DNA of 64,000 nt from a virus. The notes under the pieces were generated by a model that saw nothing but the letters and a program-made list of their open reading frames with translations, was not told where the DNA came from and made no database searches. A program made the translations under genes and the position numbers. The stretch covers positions 1 to 64,000 of IMG/VR virus record IMGVR_UViG_3300032288_004702. The stretch is one strand, 5' to 3'. Positions 36,576 through 46,194 of this stretch are shown here, piece by piece (positions within the stretch are counted from its first letter, which is position 1; each line of letters starts with the position of its first letter).

Positions 36576-37250
36576 ATGAACTCAACAGAAGTAGCAAGAA
36601 TGCTTGCAGAGCCATTTCCTGAGGAGATGGAGAAAACAATCGTCAAGAGCGGTGTGCAGCTTGTCTACTTGCCCATCAGTGAAGTAATCAACCGTCTCAA
36701 TAAAGTTATTGGCGTCAACAATTGGTCATTCGAAATCATCTCTGTCCGCAGGGACGAGATTGATACCGACGAAATCATTGCCCACGTTTCGCTTGTTGCA
36801 ACAATTGATGGACTCACGGTTGTCAAACACGGTTTTGGTGGCCAATCAGTAAAGCGCCAGCGCAAAGACAACAAACCAGTAGACCTTGGCAATGATTTCA
36901 AGGGAGCCGTATCGGATGCCCTAAAGAAAGCAGCACAGCAGCTGGGGGTTGGCCTTTATCTTGCGCGTACAGCTGATGCTCTTGATGCGGAAGACGCACA
37001 AGCGTCGTCTGCACCAGCAAATGATGTTCCTACAGAAATTGATGAAAAGTGGGGCAACTTTGTTGCCATTACAAAAACGCTCACATCGGAGCAGAAGGAT
37101 TCTCTCAATATGTTCTGGGAGAAGCATTCTGGCGGGAAGCCGAAGCCAACCCGTTCTACCGCCACAGAGCAGGACATTGACGCCTTGGTCGTAGAGGCAA
37201 TGCGTTTGTCGTTCGGGGCAACTCTCGTTGAGCCAGACAATGCAGGCTGA
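36576..37250 (+). CDS. Rad52/Sak-like single-strand annealing protein
   Basis: YLPISEVINRLNKVIG..NWSF...KGAVSDALKKAAQQLGVGLYL; start set at the ATG after the GAGGAAG RBS. Confidence 0.88.
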   Translation: MNSTEVARMLAEPFPEEMEKTIVKSGVQLVYLPISEVINRLNKVIGVNNWSFEIISVRRDEIDTDEIIAHVSLVATIDGLTVVKHGFGGQSVKRQRKDNKPVDLGNDFKGAVSDALKKAAQQLGVGLYLARTADALDAEDAQASSAPANDVPTEIDEKWGNFVAITKTLTSEQKDSLNMFWEKHSGGKPKPTRSTATEQDIDALVVEAMRLSFGATLVEPDNAG

Positions 37251-38022
37251 TTCGCCTAGCCCGCTTGTCGCCCCAGACGTGCTGTCGCCGTCTTCAATAT
37301 CGACATTTCGTCAGTGCCCATTAAAGTTCAAGTTCAGCAAGATTGATGGCCTTCGTGACTCCCCAACCGAGGCAACAATGTTGGGAAATTTTGTTCACGA
37401 GATACTTGAAACAATGTATGCCCTTGAGCCGGCAGCCCGCACCAAAGACACCGCACGTAACATAGCAAGAGACCTATGGGCGTCAAAGTGGGAAGAACAG
37501 GTCTGCACGCTAATACACTCCGAAAAGGAACTTAAGTTATTCCGCTGGACAGCATGGTGGTGTGTCGAAAATCTTTGGTTGCTAGAAGAACCGGAATCAG
37601 TATCTCCGTGGGGCATAGAGGAGCACGTTGAGGGCGATATATCTGGAATTAGACTTCACGGGTATATTGACCGCCTCCACGTTGATGGCGATATTGCGCG
37701 TGTGTGTGACTACAAGACTGGCAAAACGCCCAAAAAGAACTATGTCGACGATAAATTCTTTCAGCTTATCATTTACACCCAGCTCCTGAAAAGCATAGGG
37801 ATTGAGGCAGAACGCTTTGAAGTGGAACTCCTTTATCTAAAAGATGGAGTTAGGTTTGAAAAGCAAATAACCCCTGATGACATTGAGAAAGTGGCCTCGG
37901 TTATAGCTGAAGTGCGAAATGGGATAGAGAAACGGTGTGTTGATGGTTATTTTGAACCAAACAAATCTATTCTCTGCAATTGGTGCGGGTTTAAGTCAAT
38001 GTGCCCAGCATGGCAGCGATAA
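37240..38022 (+). CDS. RecB/Cas4-like PD-(D/E)xK exonuclease
   Basis: LSPSSISTFRQCP, GYIDRL, DYKTG, QL..Y, CNWCGFKSMCP. Confidence 0.9.
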   Translation: MQADSPSPLVAPDVLSPSSISTFRQCPLKFKFSKIDGLRDSPTEATMLGNFVHEILETMYALEPAARTKDTARNIARDLWASKWEEQVCTLIHSEKELKLFRWTAWWCVENLWLLEEPESVSPWGIEEHVEGDISGIRLHGYIDRLHVDGDIARVCDYKTGKTPKKNYVDDKFFQLIIYTQLLKSIGIEAERFEVELLYLKDGVRFEKQITPDDIEKVASVIAEVRNGIEKRCVDGYFEPNKSILCNWCGFKSMCPAWQR

Positions 38023-38037
38023 CGCATAACAAAATCT

Positions 38038-38595
38038 ATGAAAACAGCACAACACAAAAACAGGACACTACAAACACGTATGAGCATGCGTTGGAATGAT
38101 GACTCTTTTGCACGACTTGTTGCAGAGGAAGTAAAAAACAGAGTTACCCCATCGGAAAGGGACGAACTCCGCCATCCAGAAAACTGGGAGCGGTGGAAAA
38201 ACGCCCTTCTGGCGCTTTCGGAGAACCTACAGAACCAAATAGATAATGTTGAAGCAGACAGCGAGTCTGACCAGCGGCGCTACTCATCGCTTGGTTCAAA
38301 AGGTGGCAAGCTGACGAGCGAGACACAGCGTTACTACAGCGAAAAAGCAACACGTATCAAGCGGTTCAAGTACCACGTTGATAGACGTCTTGATGAAGTT
38401 TGCGTCATGATTGAGACCGGTGAGCAAAGCGATAATGACGGCTGGAAAGATGTCGAGTTCTATAGGCGCGCAATCATCACACACCGCAACCTCCTCAGAG
38501 AATTTGACCTAGAGGACACGGCAATCGACCGTTCTCTATGGGATGCCCTTGACGGAAAATGGACATTTGACTCAATCAATAACGACAACCTCTAG
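38038..38595 (+). CDS. hypothetical helical protein
   Basis: 185-aa ORF; the true start may be downstream (MSMRW). Confidence 0.65.
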   Translation: MKTAQHKNRTLQTRMSMRWNDDSFARLVAEEVKNRVTPSERDELRHPENWERWKNALLALSENLQNQIDNVEADSESDQRRYSSLGSKGGKLTSETQRYYSEKATRIKRFKYHVDRRLDEVCVMIETGEQSDNDGWKDVEFYRRAIITHRNLLREFDLEDTAIDRSLWDALDGKWTFDSINNDNL

Positions 38596-38617
38596 CTGGT
38601 GTAATATCTCCGCTTAG

Positions 38618-38986
38618 ATGAAGCGGAAGAAGCCACTCAAGCGCACGCAACTTAAGCGAACACCAATAAAAAGAGCGTCAAAACCGATAGCCAAACGAAG
38701 CAAAAAGACAGAAAAAGTCTATGTTGAGAGGCGAAAACTGGTAGCAGAAATGCTTCTAGAATTTCCCCTTTGCTATGCATGCCCTATTTTTGCAAAGCAT
38801 GATGGTTTAGTCACTTTCGTACATAGAACAAGCGTGGACGTCCATGAATTGGTTCGTAGGTCGCAGGGTGGTTCAATACTTGAGCGAGAAAACCTGGTAA
38901 CGGTATGTAGGCAGTGCCACGCGAGAATAGGCAATGAACCGGGTTTATCCTTTTCGCTTGGACTCGCTAAACATTCATGGGAATGA
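38618..38986 (+). CDS. HNH endonuclease
   Basis: CYAC...DVHELVRRSQGGS...NLVTVCRQCH with a basic N-terminus. Confidence 0.85.
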   Translation: MKRKKPLKRTQLKRTPIKRASKPIAKRSKKTEKVYVERRKLVAEMLLEFPLCYACPIFAKHDGLVTFVHRTSVDVHELVRRSQGGSILERENLVTVCRQCHARIGNEPGLSFSLGLAKHSWE

Positions 38987-39000
38987 GTGTATTATTTAAT

Positions 39001-39085
39001 CATTCTCAGATATCGCTACCTGGGGATGGTATAGGTACATCGGCGGGCGGGTGCCAAACTGTGGCCACTGCCCGCCTTTGTATTT
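39001..39085 (+). ncRNA. candidate small RNA (hairpin + linker + intrinsic terminator)
   Basis: TATTAT -10 at 38990; CATTCTCAG/CTGGGGATG hairpin; GGCGGGC...GCCCGCC-TTTGTATTT terminator; no ORF. Confidence 0.4.
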
Positions 39086-39101
39086 GCTATAGTCAGCAAT
39101 T

Positions 39102-39629
39102 ATGCGCTTTATCGGCCTGGACCTTTCTCTTACGTCTACTGGCTACTCAATAAATGGAGAAACGGGCGTAATCAAGACAAACGCCAAGGGCCCGGAGCGC
39201 CTGTCAATTGTTTCAAATAAAATACTTGACTTGATTGCGGACAATGACATAGATGTAGTGATAATCGAGGGGTACTCATTCGCCTCCAGAAATGGCCAGG
39301 CTCACAGTATTGGCGAGCTCGGTGGGGCAGTGAGAATGAGGCTTTGGGAATTCAATATTCCATTTATAGACATTCCCCCAACATGCCGAGCAAAATTTGC
39401 AACAGGCAAAGGTAACGCCGGGAAAACAGAGGTTATATCATCTATTTCAGCGAAAACAGGACTGACATTCGAAGGTTCTGGGGCCGATGATGAATGCGAC
39501 GCGTGGGTTCTTGAACAAATGGGTTTGACATATATTGGTCAGTCAACGCAGTACTGGAATAAAGAGCAACTTAATGCCCTCGAGAAAGTAGACTGGGCTG
39601 AAATTGACAGAATCAGAGAGGGAAAATGA
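39102..39629 (+). CDS. ruvC: RuvC-like Holliday junction resolvase
   Basis: IGLDLSLTSTG, IIEGY, ATGKGNAGK, DDECDA. Confidence 0.9.
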   Translation: MRFIGLDLSLTSTGYSINGETGVIKTNAKGPERLSIVSNKILDLIADNDIDVVIIEGYSFASRNGQAHSIGELGGAVRMRLWEFNIPFIDIPPTCRAKFATGKGNAGKTEVISSISAKTGLTFEGSGADDECDAWVLEQMGLTYIGQSTQYWNKEQLNALEKVDWAEIDRIREGK

Positions 39630-39961
39630 GAACAACACCCATTAGCCAAGTCGATATTGAGCAGGAGCTGCTGCGCTTGATGGACACACTAGAAAACGAG
39701 ACAGAGCAATTTGAGTCTTTGTCTATGGATATGGCAAAAAAAGAAGCTCTCTATAAGGCGAACTGGGCACGCGAATATCTTTCGGCAAAGGGCTCTATCA
39801 AGGAGCGCGAAGCGTGGGCTGACTACAAGCTAGACCAGGAGCTGTTTGAATACAAGTGTGCAGAAGCTTTAGTTAAAGCGAAGAGAGAAAAACTTTTATC
39901 AGTCAGGTCATCCATGGATGCAATAAGAACACTGAACGCAAACGTAAGAACACAGGTGTAA
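39626..39961 (+). CDS. coiled-coil protein (possibly a UvsY-like recombination mediator)
   Basis: 111-aa helical ORF overlapping the ruvC stop; the function is a guess. Confidence 0.55.
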   Translation: MRTTPISQVDIEQELLRLMDTLENETEQFESLSMDMAKKEALYKANWAREYLSAKGSIKEREAWADYKLDQELFEYKCAEALVKAKREKLLSVRSSMDAIRTLNANVRTQV

Positions 39962-39964
39962 CAA

Positions 39965-40843
39965 ATGTCAAACGGCATACATGAATCATTACTTTCCCTA
40001 GCAGTAGACATAGACACCCTGATACCACTAGACAACAACCCGCGGCGAGGTGATGTTGCTGCGATTATGTCCTCGTATAAAGAGTTTGGTCAAATAAAGC
40101 CAATAGTGATACGTCCGAACGATGATGGAACAGCAACCGTAATTGCTGGCAACCATCAGTTGCAGGCTGCAAAACAACTTGGATGGAACAAAATTGCAGC
40201 AGTCCCATATGACGTAGATGGCGAACGCGCAATAGCATTCGCAATAGCGGACAATAGAACAATGGAACTTGGCTACACGGAGCCAGAACTGCTTAATGAA
40301 GTAATCCTTGAATTGGCTGATGTTTACCCAGAGTTGATGACAGGACTCGGATGGGATGAATTCTCTACGGCGGAGATAGAGCAAAAAGTAATCCGCCAAG
40401 ACAATAGAGTTATCGAGCCTGGTGCTGGTTTTGTCCCGCCTGTCATAACTGACAATTCTGGTAACGGTTTCACGTCAAGCGGAACTGGGTTCGATAGATA
40501 TGGAGACTCAGGGGATGATGAAGAAGACGAGTACGAGCCTGTTCCCAATCGTCCATCGCTCGATAGAAATGCTGTCACTGTTACACAAACGGACGATGGA
40601 AAACAGAGAATAGACATAAGGCCTGGAATTGACCAAAACGACGCTGTTATTCGAGGCTCAACAACCGTTGCCCCTGGCTCTGCTCCACAGGCCGTAGTTC
40701 AATACACAATAGTATTTGACAACACAGCGCAACAGGCTAGGTGGTATGAATTTATTAAGTGGCTGCGCTCTGACTCTGCAGTAGTAGGAACAACGACTGC
40801 AGAAAAATTAATCGACTTTATTGACCAACACATAGAGATTTGA
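39965..40843 (+). CDS. ParB/Srx-domain protein
   Basis: NPRRGD...EFGQIKPIVI...VIAGNHQLQAAKQLGW...IADNRT. Confidence 0.85.
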   Translation: MSNGIHESLLSLAVDIDTLIPLDNNPRRGDVAAIMSSYKEFGQIKPIVIRPNDDGTATVIAGNHQLQAAKQLGWNKIAAVPYDVDGERAIAFAIADNRTMELGYTEPELLNEVILELADVYPELMTGLGWDEFSTAEIEQKVIRQDNRVIEPGAGFVPPVITDNSGNGFTSSGTGFDRYGDSGDDEEDEYEPVPNRPSLDRNAVTVTQTDDGKQRIDIRPGIDQNDAVIRGSTTVAPGSAPQAVVQYTIVFDNTAQQARWYEFIKWLRSDSAVVGTTTAEKLIDFIDQHIEI

Positions 40844-40844
40844 A

Positions 40845-41048
40845 ATGAATCAAGAACTAGAACAAAAATGTCGTTATCTTCTTAATCGCGGTAGAGTATC
40901 AAAGCAGGAATGCGTAGACATCCTGTCGATTCTCGATGAGCGCATATCCGAAGCAACCTACTGGAAAGCCGTCGCCGAAAAAGCACTCTCAGAGAATGGC
41001 GAGCTAAAAGCCGAAGTAGCAAGACTAAACCAAATAGCGCGGTACTGA
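40845..41048 (+). CDS. hypothetical protein
   Basis: 67-aa ORF tightly packed in the operon. Confidence 0.6.
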   Translation: MNQELEQKCRYLLNRGRVSKQECVDILSILDERISEATYWKAVAEKALSENGELKAEVARLNQIARY

Positions 41049-41049
41049 A

Positions 41050-42189
41050 ATGACTCGCCAGCGTCTATTCTTGGACATGAGCTGCGTCGACGCTGCTCGT
41101 CAGAGGATTAGGCACGTTTACGACACATTTGATACCGTATGTGTTCAGTTCTCCGGTGGGAAAGATTCAACTGCTGTTCTTCTGTTGGCAAAAGAAGTTC
41201 ATGAAGAGCGCGGTCTCGGGCCAGTAAAAGTTATATTCCGTGATGAGGAAATGGTTAGCCCTGTAGTGGCTGAATATGTGGAGAAGGTCCGCAACTATGA
41301 CTGGGTTGATATGGAGTGGTACTGCTTGCCATACCCAGCAGAAATCTGGGTTCTTGGTTATCGGATAACGACACTACTTTGGAGCCAGGAGCGCTTTGAG
41401 CAGGACAGATGGGTAAGACAAATGCCACCATGGGCCATAAGCGGAAAGCACTTTGGGCTTAGTCACAGCGTTTCATTACCGGAGCAGACCGATTACTACA
41501 CGATGCAGGGGAAGAAGGGAAACGTTGCCTTCCTTACTGGCGTTCGGGCGAGCGAATCGATGGTCAGATACAGGTCTATTGTCCAGAAACTGCACGAAAA
41601 CTACATAAATACTCCCTACAAACTCAAAAAGGGAATACCCCTAAAGTTCGCAAAAGTCATTTATGACTGGAACACAAATGATGTCTTCAAGTTCATAATC
41701 GAAGAACATGGAGCAGAGTACTGCGAATACTATGACCTGGCGGCACTAACTGGAAGCAATACGAGAGTCGGTATACCACTTCATGCTACTGCTATTAGAA
41801 GAATTGGTGACGTAATCGCTACTGAGCCAGAATTTTACGACAGATTATTTGAGTGTTTCCCGTACATCGACGCACAGCGCAGGCTTTGGCCAGAATTTGA
41901 TTCCGAACAGCTAATAGAAAGCTATGCGCGTTTTGGCTTTGATGGGGCATCTAGTTTTATTGATGAGTACCTAGTTGGGGATAGGCGCAAAACTGAAGCA
42001 CGAGCATATGTCTCCAAGTTTAGAAAAAAACACCTAACAGACCCTCACGGGTACCCCGTTAGCTGGCTAATCAGAAATCTTATGCTTAACGATATCGACG
42101 TTAACTCCCCAACTCCAGTTGGGCCCAAAACAAAAGCCCACTCAATCAGGGCCGTGGAAATGGAAAGAGCTGATATTTATGAGTATTAA
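41050..42189 (+). CDS. PAPS-reductase/PP-loop family protein (IbrA/YbdN-like)
   Basis: QFSGGKDS PP-loop, GVRASES..R, IYDW...DVF, RVGIP. Confidence 0.88.
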   Translation: MTRQRLFLDMSCVDAARQRIRHVYDTFDTVCVQFSGGKDSTAVLLLAKEVHEERGLGPVKVIFRDEEMVSPVVAEYVEKVRNYDWVDMEWYCLPYPAEIWVLGYRITTLLWSQERFEQDRWVRQMPPWAISGKHFGLSHSVSLPEQTDYYTMQGKKGNVAFLTGVRASESMVRYRSIVQKLHENYINTPYKLKKGIPLKFAKVIYDWNTNDVFKFIIEEHGAEYCEYYDLAALTGSNTRVGIPLHATAIRRIGDVIATEPEFYDRLFECFPYIDAQRRLWPEFDSEQLIESYARFGFDGASSFIDEYLVGDRRKTEARAYVSKFRKKHLTDPHGYPVSWLIRNLMLNDIDVNSPTPVGPKTKAHSIRAVEMERADIYEY

Positions 42190-42736
42190 TATTGAATATG
42201 TTGACCCATCTGTCCTTTCTGTACCAGATTGGCGCGCAACATATACTCTCAGGCCTGAGATGCTTGTTATTTCCGCATCTTTATCGCAGTTTGGATTTAT
42301 TCAGCCCATTCACGTCCGGCGAGAAACGGGCGAAATTATTGACGGTTCCGAAAGGTTCTTGCTGGCAACGAATATTCCACAAATATTAAGAAAAAGCTCA
42401 GGGAAGGTACCTGTTGTATTTCACGATGTTGACAAAATTGATGCAATGTTGATGCATTTGAGGCTCAACAGGGGTCATTCTCAGGTTCTGGCGCTCAAGA
42501 CTTCAAGCATAATTAGGTCAGTAAAGCGTTCTGGTAAATATGGTGTTGCCGACTTTGAGGACATGCTCTGCATGAGGGCTGAAGAATTATCGATAATGCT
42601 CGATGGTTCGTTGCTTAAAACTAGAAAACTGAAGGAGCATAACTATGCTCGCGCATGGATACCAATCGAGGCTCCCCCGGGTTCAATGGAGCAAGACCCT
42701 CTTTCTATTGAAAGACCCCCAAATCCTGACAGATAA
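42179..42736 (+). CDS. ParB-like protein (IbrB/YbdM-like)
   Basis: SLSQFGFIQPI...EIIDGSER...RLNRG; ATG 42179 overlaps the upstream gene. Confidence 0.8.
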   Translation: MSINIEYVDPSVLSVPDWRATYTLRPEMLVISASLSQFGFIQPIHVRRETGEIIDGSERFLLATNIPQILRKSSGKVPVVFHDVDKIDAMLMHLRLNRGHSQVLALKTSSIIRSVKRSGKYGVADFEDMLCMRAEELSIMLDGSLLKTRKLKEHNYARAWIPIEAPPGSMEQDPLSIERPPNPDR

Positions 42737-42782
42737 ATAAAGTCATTTTCTGGTATATTTAGAAAAAGACCAGAGGAGCCAC

Positions 42783-43505
42783 ATGCCCGGAGTACGCTAC
42801 GGCCCAGACATTACAGACGACGCTGCACAAATTCTTGACTTTGTCAGGGATGCTCAGGCGCGCATGCGAAAGGGTCTAAAGCTTTCTAAGCGCGACCAGG
42901 GCAGGTATGACGCATTTAGGGATGTCGCAGATAAGGTTTTCGGAGTCGGGAACAAGCGTTTTGACAAGGGGCAGTTTGGCGACCTTGCTGTACTAGCGCA
43001 ATATGGTGGCTCCAAGTCGCGCAGTAAGATAGCCAAGAGCTGGCGAACCGGCGGACAAATGAAAAAGTCCGTCACTCAGGAATTCATAGACAGAGGAACT
43101 CCTGGTGGCCGCAAGGCTGGAAGTACAAAAACGCCAAGCGATGCATGGTATGTCGGCAGAACAAATCCAAAACGACTACGCGAGGCAACCGCGCGCGCAC
43201 AGCGGCGTATGAATAGAAATGGAGCCACTTTTGGAAAAACCAAAATTGCTCCTCGTTCGACAAAGCCAGACAACTTTTTGGCGCAAGTTGACAAGCTTAA
43301 TATAACAAAAGCCAGAACGGGCTCGAGCGACATAGTCAACAGGCCTCGCGGAACCACGTCAGTTCGGAAACCGGGCGCACCAATTAGGCCACCGCTGCCA
43401 AAGTCTGCGGCGCGTGCGCAACAGCGTAAGCGAGCAAAGACTGGTACTAAGAAAGCTAGAGAATTGGCCGGGAAGGGCAAAACGGGTGGCAAGCGGAAGA
43501 AGTAA
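42783..43505 (+). CDS. highly basic (K/R-rich) protein
   Basis: RBS GAGGAG; very high K/R content. Confidence 0.7.
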   Translation: MPGVRYGPDITDDAAQILDFVRDAQARMRKGLKLSKRDQGRYDAFRDVADKVFGVGNKRFDKGQFGDLAVLAQYGGSKSRSKIAKSWRTGGQMKKSVTQEFIDRGTPGGRKAGSTKTPSDAWYVGRTNPKRLREATARAQRRMNRNGATFGKTKIAPRSTKPDNFLAQVDKLNITKARTGSSDIVNRPRGTTSVRKPGAPIRPPLPKSAARAQQRKRAKTGTKKARELAGKGKTGGKRKK

Positions 43506-43524
43506 TCTTGGCTCTTGGGCCAGA

Positions 43525-43917
43525 CTAGTCTCCGATTATTTTTTCATCATGGCGCCCAAACCCAGAGTCTCTCCCAAGGTCTTCTAGATAGTCCTCATAG
43601 AAAATATGGTCATCTCTGCCGATGTCCTCATTTATTAGAAAATCTTTTACCGATTTCGCCGGCTTCAGGCTTGCGATGTAATTCCCGTCGTTATCTTTGC
43701 CCAGAATCTTTATTCCGGTTGACGCCATTGCCGAAACTGTCATATCCCACAGGAAATCAGAGAAATCCTCCATGGCCCCCTCTTCATCGAGGCCCTCCTG
43801 TTCTTCCTCTAGGTAAAAAAACAAAACCTTCATGACGTTCTCAAAAACATCGACAGCTGCTGCTCTTTTTGACCCTTCATCGACAAAGAAATCAATTGAA
43901 GAAATATTTGTTTTCAC
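43525..43917 (-). CDS. acidic hypothetical protein (paralog A)
   Basis: MASTGIKILGKDNDGNYIASLKP matches the neighbouring gene. Confidence 0.7.
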   Translation of the reverse strand: MKTNISSIDFFVDEGSKRAAAVDVFENVMKVLFFYLEEEQEGLDEEGAMEDFSDFLWDMTVSAMASTGIKILGKDNDGNYIASLKPAKSVKDFLINEDIGRDDHIFYEDYLEDLGRDSGFGRHDEKIIGD

Positions 43918-44216
43918 TGTAAGCCATTCTCCTTGCCAAAATGCTCTAATGAATCATACGGTTTAAATCTGGCCACGTATTCGCCGTGGGGGTTTTCCCC
44001 TATTACGTCCATTCCGGCTACGGCCATAATTATTGATGCCATACCGGAAGATTCCTCAATAAGTTCATCGAACTCATTCTCGGACATTGGTTCATCGTCC
44101 GGCATGAAGGCCATGAAAATCACCCTCGTAACCCTGTCAAGTATTTCTTGATTAATGTCTGATTTTTCAGAATTATCAAACTTCTTGGATACCTGAAATA
44201 TCTCATTTTTCTGCAC
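43914..44216 (-). CDS. acidic hypothetical protein (paralog B)
   Basis: MAVAGMDVIGENPHGEYVARFKP; GTG 44216 lies 7 nt after TAGATT. Confidence 0.65.
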   Translation of the reverse strand: MQKNEIFQVSKKFDNSEKSDINQEILDRVTRVIFMAFMPDDEPMSENEFDELIEESSGMASIIMAVAGMDVIGENPHGEYVARFKPYDSLEHFGKENGLQ

Positions 44217-44336
44217 GGTTGCAAATCTACACCCTGACAGTGGCCTGGTCAACGCCCCCTGCGTCCCCAGATATTAACTAGGTGTTAGAATTTGATACCG
44301 CATTTATTTGCAAAATCGCTTTAAACGGGAGCAGCC

Positions 44337-44981
44337 ATGATTGTCTCAGTCAACGATGTCAAGACATACATGGATATCAAGCTTTCTGCGCGTCAAGAGG
44401 ATGCCGCAGAAATCATTTTAGCCGGGCTACAGAGCGAGCTTGAGTCATTTCTGAGACGACCCATAGAGGTTGCGGAGTTTGAAGAAGAGCATCGACTCGA
44501 TGCCGGGCATGTCGGCGTGCCCATGGGGAGCTTCTTAACGGCAAACGACAATACGTATAACTCCTCATTTACGACCAGCCCGAGAAATGATATGACAACT
44601 TGGGCTACTCCGCCTCCGGCTATTTACTTCAAGAACACTCCAATAGTTTCGATACTGGAAGTAAAGGTCAAACCAGTTTTTGGACAGGAAAGGGTATTAG
44701 CGGAAGAGACCGATTACATACCAAGAAAATACGGAATAGATTACTATTATGGGTATTCAGACGACCTAGTCACCGTTACCTACACTGCTGGGCTAGATGG
44801 AGCGTCAATACCTGTTTTCAAGCTTCTCATACTGCGCGCAGCATCGCGTGAAATGCAGAACATGCACGACGATGTGGTTGGAGTCAAGGACATCACCACG
44901 CGAAATACTGGACCGTTGGTGACGGGGTTTCTTGATAGCGAGCTGGCGACTGTCCGCAAGTACCGTCGTGTCAGGGCGTAA
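44337..44981 (+). CDS. head-tail adaptor (gp6/gp15-like)
   Basis: VSVNDVKTYM...ESFLRR...VTVTYTAG...RKYRR; position at the start of the tail module. Confidence 0.75.
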   Translation: MIVSVNDVKTYMDIKLSARQEDAAEIILAGLQSELESFLRRPIEVAEFEEEHRLDAGHVGVPMGSFLTANDNTYNSSFTTSPRNDMTTWATPPPAIYFKNTPIVSILEVKVKPVFGQERVLAEETDYIPRKYGIDYYYGYSDDLVTVTYTAGLDGASIPVFKLLILRAASREMQNMHDDVVGVKDITTRNTGPLVTGFLDSELATVRKYRRVRA

Positions 44982-44983
44982 TA

Positions 44984-45484
44984 ATGGCCGGTAAAGAAGT
45001 TTTTGTCTACATTAAAGACGTTGACTTTCATGGAGAAGACGCCAAAGACCGTCTCGAAAACATGAAAGACCGGGCGAAAAAAATGAGCCCTGTTTTGCAT
45101 TGGGCAAAAAATTACCTAGAGCGCGCTTACTCAAAAAACTTCACAACAATGGGTTCGTTGTCGGCCAAAGCGATGCTCAAAGGGGCATGGCCGCCCCTTG
45201 ATGAAGAGTATGCATCATGGAAGTTCGAGAGGGTCCCCGGTGCTCCGCCACTTGTGTTGACTGGAGAGCTTTTCAGAAGCGTTGCGAACATGGCATCAAG
45301 CCCCAAAAATGTAATAAGCGATATGGAGGGAACGTTTGTTATTGATAGCCCAATAGCTAAGTTCCATCAATACGGCACACAGGACATGCCGGCTCGCAAA
45401 ATTTTATTTGTTCCTCGTGACTTTGACAGGGACATCAATAAAAAGGCGACAAAATACATAGTTGAAGGAAGCAAGCTGACATGA
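44984..45484 (+). CDS. virion morphogenesis/neck protein
   Basis: WPPL...LVLTGEL..S...AKFHQYGT..MPARKIL. Confidence 0.8.
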   Translation: MAGKEVFVYIKDVDFHGEDAKDRLENMKDRAKKMSPVLHWAKNYLERAYSKNFTTMGSLSAKAMLKGAWPPLDEEYASWKFERVPGAPPLVLTGELFRSVANMASSPKNVISDMEGTFVIDSPIAKFHQYGTQDMPARKILFVPRDFDRDINKKATKYIVEGSKLT

Positions 45485-46089
45485 CGGCCCTAATGAATGG
45501 CTCACACTTCGCGAAGAAGTATGTCAATGATTATTTAAAAGCTGACCTGCCAATAAGACTCATTCGATATAGGAACGGCTGGAATCTCGATAGCACCGCA
45601 CTTCCGGACCCAGGGCAATTCATTGCCTACGAACCTTTGGCCATTGATGAGTGGCCGTCGATAATTACCGTCGCCTTATCAATGACTGGCTTGGAGCGTA
45701 TTGGTTATGACAGCACTGACCCCCTATACCGCGTCGGCTACAGCATGAGGACATATATATGGGTTAGGGACGAAGGCAACGAAGACACAACACTCATGAG
45801 AGACAGGCTGACAACAGTTGTTAGAAGTGCGCTTCTTGACTATCCATGTCTTAAGGCGTATGACTCAAGAACCACATTTAGGGCATTGATTTCGGAAAAT
45901 AGTATCCGTGAAGAATATTCCGATATCACTTTGCTTAAAGGCGACAGGATGATGGCCGGCGCATACATTGCTTACACGCTGGAACTTGATGAAGTAGTAA
46001 CACGCGAACCTCTTGGAATTGTTTCTGAAGTTGAGATAGAAGCAAGGTCTGCCGGCGCTGGTCAGGAAATGCCGTCCCTAAATGACTGA
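45481..46089 (+). CDS. tail completion/terminator protein
   Basis: Synteny between the neck and sheath genes. Confidence 0.6.
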   Translation: MTALMNGSHFAKKYVNDYLKADLPIRLIRYRNGWNLDSTALPDPGQFIAYEPLAIDEWPSIITVALSMTGLERIGYDSTDPLYRVGYSMRTYIWVRDEGNEDTTLMRDRLTTVVRSALLDYPCLKAYDSRTTFRALISENSIREEYSDITLLKGDRMMAGAYIAYTLELDEVVTREPLGIVSEVEIEARSAGAGQEMPSLND

Positions 46090-46115
46090 AAACGTTCTTT
46101 TAAAAGTTCAATTCA

Positions 46116-46151
46116 TAGTTGCACAAAATAATAGAATCTCGTCTGTACAAT
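46116..46151 (+). promoter_or_regulatory. putative late promoter of sheath/tube
   Basis: TAGTTGCAC-N21-TACAAT. Confidence 0.7.
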
Positions 46152-46194
46152 TGACCATACAAACGGGATTCCCTATTCGAAACAGTGAGGTCCT

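Noticed and set aside
37240-38022. Cas4-like gene as part of a CRISPR system
   Set aside because: No repeat-spacer array or other cas genes were seen; the Sak/RuvC context indicates recombination.
44256-44291. Sixth copy of the late-promoter motif before the adaptor gene
   Set aside because: There is a good extended -10 (TGTTAGAAT), but the upstream 9-mer CCCCTGCGT matches only at TGC.
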